DNA from: a virus
Virus record (IMG/VR): IMGVR_UViG_3300043395_000996
Span: 96,001 to 160,000 of that record
Direction: 5' to 3' (one strand)
Length of the DNA stretch: 64,000 nucleotides
Shown here: one piece after another, positions 57,480-64,000 of the stretch
Position numbering within the stretch: position 1 is the first letter of the stretch
Layout: each line of letters opens with the position of its first letter
Translations under genes and position numbers: made by a program
The notes under the pieces: generated by a model
The model's input: only the letters and a program-made list of their open reading frames with translations
The model's database searches: none
What the model was told of the DNA's origin: nothing

Positions 57480-58891
57480 TATATACCAACATTTATTATT
57501 CTAATATTTTTATCTAATTTTTTAACACCATGTTCAATAAATTCTAAAGTAGATAATCCATCGTTTTTTAATAAATTATCATCATTACTAACTTCATTTA
57601 CAAATCTCAATTGATTCCATCTCGTACATTCATTTTTCCATTTATTATCAACAAATCCATTTTCTTCGTGTTTTAACGATTGAAATCTACATTTTTTTCT
57701 AAATGGTATTAAGTGATTTATTGATTGCGGTTCATTTGATTCGACAATTTCACAAGCTACAATTTCTGCATAATTTTTATTTCCAGATAAATCTTTTAAT
57801 CTATATTCATCTATTTTAGATGCATCATAATACATTTTTAATGATGTAGATTTTTGAATAGTTTCATCTAATTCAGTTCCTAATTTGTAAATTTTATCAT
57901 CAGATAAAACATCATCAAAATATGCGAATGATTTAAAATATCCTTTAAAAAAATTTGGAATTTTAATTCTTTCGGGATTTCCCACTCCAATATAACAATT
58001 ATTAACTATTTTATAATCTATTAAAAATTTTCGTATTTGAGCCGTTTCCCCTATATAAATTCCGTCTTGATAAACTTTTATTACTTTATCATTTGCATCA
58101 TATACAATTGTTATGTTTGTTAAATAATTTGGCTTTATTTCTGAATTTACAAAATGAGAATTCAGTTTATAATCAAATGCGCAAAAATTATATCTATGAA
58201 AAGATGTATATGATATAGCAAAATCATATCCGGGTATACTGAATATAGTAAACTCATCGGATTCTTTTTTATGGTCTAATTTTAAATCATCTGGGCAAAA
58301 TGTAACGGATATTGTAAAATGATAATTGAAATCTATTACATTTTTTATTTTTATATGAGAGTCGATTCCATTAAGTTTTAATAATTTTCTATTACCTATA
58401 TTTTTAAAAATTTTAGAATCCAAAGATACATTATTCTTTTTGCATCTTAACAATAAATCATCATCTTCATACCCCCATCCCCAATACTTATTTGAATAAC
58501 CATCTATATTTTCAAAAATTTCGGTTGGAAACATAGTTACGCCACCAAAATATGTATCAAATATTTCTCTGTTTTTTTCTCCTTGAGAATAATAAAAATT
58601 AGTAGCTAAATGTAATGGAATATGTGAATATGTGTAATCCACACTTAATGGAATCATATCCACATCGTGAAATACTACATAATCACATTTTAATTTTTTT
58701 GCATAAGTAAATCCAATATTAAGAAGCATACCACGATTGAATAATTTAGCATCATCTTGTTCAACTATTATTAATTCATAATCGATACGACCATTATTGA
58801 AATAATTAACCAATGCTTGTTTAAATACTTCTAAATGTTCGTATCGATTTCTATATGGTACAATAATCCCTAATTTGTGATTACTACTCAT
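57479..58891 (-). CDS. GT7 glycosyltransferase with internal LamG insertion, paralog
   Basis: VPYRNR, FNRG, HDVD, YFGG and WGWGYEDDD motifs, then LamG, then SLKH...DGLSTL. Confidence 0.85.
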   Translation of the reverse strand: MSSNHKLGIIVPYRNRYEHLEVFKQALVNYFNNGRIDYELIIVEQDDAKLFNRGMLLNIGFTYAKKLKCDYVVFHDVDMIPLSVDYTYSHIPLHLATNFYYSQGEKNREIFDTYFGGVTMFPTEIFENIDGYSNKYWGWGYEDDDLLLRCKKNNVSLDSKIFKNIGNRKLLKLNGIDSHIKIKNVIDFNYHFTISVTFCPDDLKLDHKKESDEFTIFSIPGYDFAISYTSFHRYNFCAFDYKLNSHFVNSEIKPNYLTNITIVYDANDKVIKVYQDGIYIGETAQIRKFLIDYKIVNNCYIGVGNPERIKIPNFFKGYFKSFAYFDDVLSDDKIYKLGTELDETIQKSTSLKMYYDASKIDEYRLKDLSGNKNYAEIVACEIVESNEPQSINHLIPFRKKCRFQSLKHEENGFVDNKWKNECTRWNQLRFVNEVSNDDNLLKNDGLSTLEFIEHGVKKLDKNIRIINVGI

Positions 58892-59096
58892 TTTCTTTTA
58901 CAAACTTTGTATGAAATTCTGCTAAATAATATTGTACTCTTTCGCTCCATTCATCTTTATCAATTTCTTCAAACCACACAGTTAAAGCATCTAATGAATT
59001 TGCAATTTTTTCTAATGCTTTTACTTTTCTAGTTTCCAAAATCAATTGTTCATCGTTTGTAGGTATTGTTTCTGTTTTTTGTGTACTTTTTGCCAT
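58884..59096 (-). CDS. Small hypothetical protein
   Basis: 70 aa; first gene after the 59118-59149 promoter. Confidence 0.6.
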   Translation of the reverse strand: MAKSTQKTETIPTNDEQLILETRKVKALEKIANSLDALTVWFEEIDKDEWSERVQYYLAEFHTKFVKENE

Positions 59097-59117
59097 AATT
59101 ATTCGTTTAAATTTTTA

Positions 59118-59149
59118 CAAAGATAAGTAATTTATTTTAATTTTCCAAA
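59118..59149 (-). promoter_or_regulatory. Bacteroidota housekeeping-sigma promoter
   Basis: TTTG (59146-59149), 20-nt spacer, TATCTTTG (59118-59125); 35 of 36 nt identical to the portal promoter. Confidence 0.78.
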
Positions 59150-59986
59150 CTATATTTTAACTATTTCATTTATTAATGAATTCCATTGACAATACGAACC
59201 AACACCCGATTTTTCTATTTTAAATTCGGGATTGGTAATGTCAATTTCAAAATTATTTCTCCTAATAGCTTGATACATTTTTAAATATTCTTTTGAAAAT
59301 GCGTAATCCTTTCTAATATCAGCAACTGCTTTTATTCTTTCTACACAAGTACTATCCCATTTGAAATGATGTACCTGAACACTATACTCATCTATTGGTG
59401 CAATTAATTTATTATCCGATTGTGGGCCCCAAAGAACTTCTCCATTTACTTTTGCATAATGCTGTCCATTGGTAATTTCAACATATCCTTTCATTACGCA
59501 AATTTTATTTGGACATGCTCCACTTAATGGGTATCTAAAGAATCCTGCTAATGGAAATTGTTCAAATATATTTTTATAAGGTTGTATTTCAGGAAAACTC
59601 CCACCTTCCCCAATTCTATCTACGAATCCACCTCTTACAATATCCCATCCATTTGTTTCACAATCTTCTATTAAAAATGGTAATGGCATTGGATACATAT
59701 GAAATTCATCATCGTCTGCTATAACCCACCAATCATCGGGGTATTGTGATTTTATTTCATTATATAATTCAGTTACAACTTCCCAATTAAACTTTTCTCT
59801 TTTTTCAACTTTTACAACTTTTGCTGATGGGAAATTTTCTAATATTTTTCCAACTTCTGCTAATATGTTAGTACCTTCCCATTCATATACGACAACAAAC
59901 ATTTCATCAACTATGTGTCGATAATGATTCAACATATGCCAAAGTGTATTTGTGCGAGAACCCGTAACAGTTAATAATCTAGTCAT
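59150..59986 (-). CDS. GT-A fold (GT2-like) glycosyltransferase
   Basis: WWVIADDDEF (DxD), KICVMK and VHHFKW motifs. Confidence 0.65.
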   Translation of the reverse strand: MTRLLTVTGSRTNTLWHMLNHYRHIVDEMFVVVYEWEGTNILAEVGKILENFPSAKVVKVEKREKFNWEVVTELYNEIKSQYPDDWWVIADDDEFHMYPMPLPFLIEDCETNGWDIVRGGFVDRIGEGGSFPEIQPYKNIFEQFPLAGFFRYPLSGACPNKICVMKGYVEITNGQHYAKVNGEVLWGPQSDNKLIAPIDEYSVQVHHFKWDSTCVERIKAVADIRKDYAFSKEYLKMYQAIRRNNFEIDITNPEFKIEKSGVGSYCQWNSLINEIVKI

Positions 59987-60748
59987 TTATTTTTTTGTTA
60001 GTATGCATAACCCAGTAGATGTAGGTAATTTGCCACTAAAGATACGAAAATTTTTTAAATTAACCAAATTCCATTCATCATTTTTTTCTAATTCTTTTAC
60101 AAATTTTGCAGGCCCATCAAAAGGTGCAAAATCTTTTTTAGCACTTTCGGTTACAACAAATGTATTATGATATTGTTGGTCTGTATCGTGGATTGTGATA
60201 ATTCCATTTTCAGCCATTATTTGTGAATACAATTCAAAATCCTTTTTAACACCTTCGTATGAATGGTCGCCATCTATGTGTAAATAGTCAATTTTAATAT
60301 CTTGTCTTACGAAGTAATCATAAAATGCTTTTTCAGAAGTTTCTAAAATTATTTGCGGAGAGAAGTGTTGCCTTAAAAAAGAATTTTCAGAAGTCCAATC
60401 GGTAAATCCGCCAACACCATTTGCCGCATCTACTACTATTGTAGTTCCAACATCACCCCATTCATTTTGTGGATTCCCTTCGAATATTTTTTGGTGCCAC
60501 AAATCTACACGAGATTGAGTCATAAGTCGTGGAATAAATCCACCACCGCTACCAATACATACGCATACTTTTGCTCTGATGAATTGTATTAAAGAATATA
60601 CCATTAACCCATCACCCAAATGTAAATCGGTTGCACCATGTGTCCATCGATAATTTATTGGTGTATGAACTATATTACCATCTTCATCGATGATATGATT
60701 ATTGGTTAAATAATCTTTAACTATATTTAAATTGATAAGACTTTGCAT
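59987..60748 (-). CDS. Class I SAM-dependent methyltransferase (Methyltransf_24-like)
   Basis: CIGSGGGF, IDYLHIDGDHSYEG and GIITIHD motifs. Start at MQSL (track gives 60763). Confidence 0.75.
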   Translation of the reverse strand: MQSLINLNIVKDYLTNNHIIDEDGNIVHTPINYRWTHGATDLHLGDGLMVYSLIQFIRAKVCVCIGSGGGFIPRLMTQSRVDLWHQKIFEGNPQNEWGDVGTTIVVDAANGVGGFTDWTSENSFLRQHFSPQIILETSEKAFYDYFVRQDIKIDYLHIDGDHSYEGVKKDFELYSQIMAENGIITIHDTDQQYHNTFVVTESAKKDFAPFDGPAKFVKELEKNDEWNLVNLKNFRIFSGKLPTSTGLCILTKK

Positions 60749-61707
60749 ATTTGAATAACCCAATTTTGTTTATTTGTATATTTTTCTAATCCTTTTTTTA
60801 ATCTGTCAAATTGTTTTTTATTTTTTTCAAATCCATCTTCTAATATTCTTAAATATTGATAATTGAATTGTTTTTTATTCATTGCTCTATATCGATATTT
60901 AATATCTTTCATCCAATCTGAATGTATTATAGGTAATTTACCATTATCAATTGCATCAAAGATTGCATAACCAAATGGTTCTTTTGTATAACATCCGTGA
61001 AATATTTTGAAATCTTTTTCAAAGAATTTATAATGAAAACGATAATCAAATTCTATGAATGTATGTACATCTGCGTTTATCTTACTACCCTCCAACATTC
61101 GTTTGTAATCGTATTTGTTTGAGAATATAAAAGCAGGTATTCCATCCAAATAATGTGCGTTTTTTCTCGTTTCACATCTTGCGGCATATCCTACTTTATT
61201 ACTTACTACATCCGTATATGGTTTGTTGTGTTTCCATTCATAATAATTTGTAATAGTAATTGTATTCGGAAAATAGGTATGAATAGTATCTTTTTCATAA
61301 CCTATCCAAACTATATTTTTAGAATTGTCCAAAATATCCTTTTGCCAATGCCAATCTAATCTTGTCATTAGATTTTCATACTCATCATTTAATCCCAACA
61401 TATCAGGTATGAAAGCATGAACAAATGTTGTGTGAGTTTTATGTAGATACTTTTTGATTATAGGATTTGGTTTATAAGAATGATGTAAGAATACAATCTT
61501 ATCACACTCATTTAATATCCTATCTATTTCATCATCGTTTTGGTAAGTGTATATTGCACCTTTTTCTGGCAACAAAGGTCTACCATCAACTACAATTTTG
61601 TAATCTTCCGTAACTAATGGTAAAACGTTCTCTACAAAGTTGTTACACCATATATCCGAACCCCCTACTACATTTTTTCCGTAACCAGTTGTTATGAATA
61701 CTATCAT
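60727..61707 (-). CDS. GT-B (GT4-like) glycosyltransferase, paralog of 4637..5632
   Basis: GGSDIW, GYAARCETRKN and EPFGYAIFDA...GKLPIIH motifs. Confidence 0.7.
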   Translation of the reverse strand: MIVFITTGYGKNVVGGSDIWCNNFVENVLPLVTEDYKIVVDGRPLLPEKGAIYTYQNDDEIDRILNECDKIVFLHHSYKPNPIIKKYLHKTHTTFVHAFIPDMLGLNDEYENLMTRLDWHWQKDILDNSKNIVWIGYEKDTIHTYFPNTITITNYYEWKHNKPYTDVVSNKVGYAARCETRKNAHYLDGIPAFIFSNKYDYKRMLEGSKINADVHTFIEFDYRFHYKFFEKDFKIFHGCYTKEPFGYAIFDAIDNGKLPIIHSDWMKDIKYRYRAMNKKQFNYQYLRILEDGFEKNKKQFDRLKKGLEKYTNKQNWVIQICKVLSI

Positions 61708-61719
61708 AAATTATTTTAT

Positions 61720-63267
61720 TTAATTAATTGGTAATGAACTACCATCGCATTTAATTGCATCATATAATGTAGCACCATCCCAATACCTAATCCATGCTCC
61801 ATCTGAATAATATCCGAAACCGGGTGAGCCTGTTCCATTTGAATTCAAATGAAATTCGGTTGCCAATTTCCAACTACTATCATTCGGTCCTATGTAATAG
61901 GTACTTGTTGTAGAATTACATGCCGTTTGTGCATCGCCATCTACCCCCAAATATACTTCAGGATAATATACATACCCACAATCTGTTGAATTTGTTTGAA
62001 TATCTACCCAAATAATACCACAATTTCCATCATAATATCTTTGTTGTTTTGTAGTTCCACTACAACGATAATCGCTTGGAGATGTACCAGCTGGTCCATA
62101 TCCTGGACATGCTACTGGGCAATTTTGTCTAGATGAAAATGGTTGAACAGTATTACCTGAATACGGCTTACCAACCGCAACGTATCTTCCATTATATGAT
62201 ATCCACCCAATAATACTTCCCATTCCATATGAACTAAATGCTACAGACGTAAATGTACTTGCATTTTCAAAAGTAGCACCTTGTGGCATTTCTACTTCAA
62301 TACCACTACCAATATCACATCCTCCATTTGTTCCGCTTGGTTCACCCCCATCATTTACACTTTTAAATCTAACTGATAGTAAATTTGGAGCAGGTGGTAG
62401 ATTGAATGTTATTTCATTGAAACTTACAACATTTCCAGCATTATCTGCTAAAAAAGGTATATATGAACCATTTGCCAAATTGTATATATAATCACCGATT
62501 GCTCTTTGAGTTGCATCTGTATTTAAATACCAATAATATCCAGCCCCACTACCTCCACTAGCAGTTGCAACTCTAATGTATCCTGAACCAGCATATCCTC
62601 CACCCGATTGAACTGTTCCTGTCAATGATGGGTAATTACAACTAATTGCAAATGAATATAAATTTTGAGTATTGCCAACACTATCTCTAATTTGTATCAT
62701 CCATGCGCCGTTTGATAATATTGCACCCGTAGTACCCGTACCGCTTATCCAATTAGAATACGATGAATCAGGTTCAGATTCTAATTTATATCTAAAGCTA
62801 TATGGTGCTCCACTACCACCACTATACGATGAAACATTTATATAACCTTTATTTGGTGCTTGAGTTTGACAACCATATGTTGTAGATGCTGATAAATATA
62901 ATGTACACGTTCCGTTTGCATTTGCATATGCTTGTCCTTCTGAATTAAAATTTGCATCACCACTTGCCAATGAGTTTGCATTTGCTTGTGAAATATATGA
63001 AGTATAAGTTTTTGAATAAGTAACACTACTTGCGGTATATCCAGCTGAACAATTGTTTCTTGTAAACGTACCACTTCTTGTTGCTGTCCAATATTGAGAT
63101 GATTTACCTCTAAATTCTAACATTTGTAAATCATTAGTACCATCGGTTGTATATGAAACCGCATATGCAGTTCCTGCTGCAGCTAAATCTATTTGAGTAC
63201 CAGATGCAATATTTCTATCGGTATTAAATAGATTCATTGATATTTCGCCAGTATTAGGAATTGCCAT
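61720..63267 (-). CDS. Cys/Gly/Ser-rich virion-like protein with a DUF5977-like module
   Basis: SGTFTRNNC...SYISQANAN...GQAYANANGTC; many paired Cys. Confidence 0.55.
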   Translation of the reverse strand: MAIPNTGEISMNLFNTDRNIASGTQIDLAAAGTAYAVSYTTDGTNDLQMLEFRGKSSQYWTATRSGTFTRNNCSAGYTASSVTYSKTYTSYISQANANSLASGDANFNSEGQAYANANGTCTLYLSASTTYGCQTQAPNKGYINVSSYSGGSGAPYSFRYKLESEPDSSYSNWISGTGTTGAILSNGAWMIQIRDSVGNTQNLYSFAISCNYPSLTGTVQSGGGYAGSGYIRVATASGGSGAGYYWYLNTDATQRAIGDYIYNLANGSYIPFLADNAGNVVSFNEITFNLPPAPNLLSVRFKSVNDGGEPSGTNGGCDIGSGIEVEMPQGATFENASTFTSVAFSSYGMGSIIGWISYNGRYVAVGKPYSGNTVQPFSSRQNCPVACPGYGPAGTSPSDYRCSGTTKQQRYYDGNCGIIWVDIQTNSTDCGYVYYPEVYLGVDGDAQTACNSTTSTYYIGPNDSSWKLATEFHLNSNGTGSPGFGYYSDGAWIRYWDGATLYDAIKCDGSSLPIN

Positions 63268-63998
63268 TATTTATTTTTTAATTCGTTTATTTCGTTTTTT
63301 AATTCTTTTATAGCTTCAATTAAAAGTGGAACTACTTTTTCATATCTAACAGCTAAATATCCATCTTTTCTCTCAACAACAACTTCGGGTAAAACTTCTT
63401 TTATTTGTTGTGCGATAACGCCAACATCATGCTTTTTAACTAAAAGATTTGCATCAGGGTCATCTCCAATATGTTCTTGCATATATTCTTCAGTCCAATC
63501 AAATTCTACACCATTTAATTTATCAATTTTCTCCAATGCATTTTCAATAGGAATAATATTTTCTTTTAATCTTTCATCCGATGATGCATATGCTATGATA
63601 TTTCCTGTAGCTGATAAATCTCCTCCAATTTTAACATATGCTCCACTAAATGTACTTCTATCAATTCTAAAATATTTATCGGTTGCATTAACTACTTGAA
63701 ATCCTTTATCGGTAATTTCAGTTGCTTCTACCGATGAACCCAATGAAACATTTGAAGCGGAGCTACTTTTTGAATAAAATTGAGTAGTAGCAGTTGTATT
63801 ACTATATAGAGTTCTATTCCAAACCAATCTTGCATAATATGTGCCAGATGTTGGTGCTGAAAATGCTATTGGATTTGTTGCAGCTGCTATTGAAACTGTT
63901 CCTGCACTACTTATACCACCACTACTAATTGTACCATATCCGAGTATATTATTGAATCCGGCATCCGATGCTATTTGCCAAGCTACACCAACATATAA
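63267..63998 (-). CDS. Tail fibre C-terminus with peptidase S74 domain (partial; begins beyond the window)
   Basis: SSDERLKENI...GVIAQQI...LLIEAIKE. The frame stays open from the track start at 63827 to the window edge. Confidence 0.8.
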   Translation of the reverse strand, partial: LYVGVAWQIASDAGFNNILGYGTISSGGISSAGTVSIAAATNPIAFSAPTSGTYYARLVWNRTLYSNTTATTQFYSKSSSASNVSLGSSVEATEITDKGFQVVNATDKYFRIDRSTFSGAYVKIGGDLSATGNIIAYASSDERLKENIIPIENALEKIDKLNGVEFDWTEEYMQEHIGDDPDANLLVKKHDVGVIAQQIKEVLPEVVVERKDGYLAVRYEKVVPLLIEAIKELKNEINELKNK

Positions 63999-64000
63999 AT

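Noticed and set aside
42401-61707. Host chromosomal O-antigen/capsule locus or chimeric assembly
   Set aside because: It is co-oriented and translationally coupled with phage genes at both ends, shares a 35/36-nt promoter with the portal gene, has a GT-B paralog inside the tail module, and lacks export or polymerase genes.
854-62952. All plus-strand ORFs in the track (e.g. 5818..6195, 24737..25138, 29117..29548, 33458..33691, 39349..39711) and the nested minus-strand ORFs 4699..5061 and 62838..63074
   Set aside because: They are shadows of long, motif-bearing genes, have no recognisable motifs, and arise from codon bias.
1-64000. Stop-codon reassignment (alternative genetic code)
   Set aside because: Long conserved genes are intact in code 11, and TAA, TAG (8133) and TGA (42401) all end genes sensibly.

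Overview
A 64-kb, AT-rich segment of a large T4-like (contractile-tailed) phage genome. Every credible gene is on the minus strand. In transcription order (right to left) the window holds: a partial S74 fibre gene and a Cys-rich virion-like protein; a ~19-kb glycan-biosynthesis island (42.4-61.7 kb); a 1766-aa mosaic protein; a spanin-like membrane cluster; the terminase, portal, head-cargo genes and prohead protease; ribosomal protein bS21; scaffold, major capsid and neck genes; a ~14-kb array of Ser/Thr-rich fibre paralogs; a Hint-LamG protein; tail sheath; and tail tube. A Bacteroidota host is inferred from three TTTG-N20-TAnnTTTG promoters, a Bacteroidota-type bS21, A-rich start regions without Shine-Dalgarno, and D(S/T)x sequons in the membrane proteins. 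The best candidate for an undescribed system is a cytoplasmic, phage-encoded glycosylation pathway, probably decorating the virion. Its parts include a split minimal ThDP E1-alpha/beta pair (branched-chain sugar chemistry), two SDRs lacking the catalytic Tyr, four SGNH paralogs, two GT7 enzymes whose catalytic domain is interrupted by a LamG lectin, and two GT-B paralogs beside fibre genes. Other notable signals are a candidate -1 frameshift on an A11 run in the head module, an apparent protease-processed polyprotein, an inverted T4-late-like box (sense ATATTTATA), and a structured leader before the scaffold gene. All family calls come from motif recognition by eye; no database searches were run.
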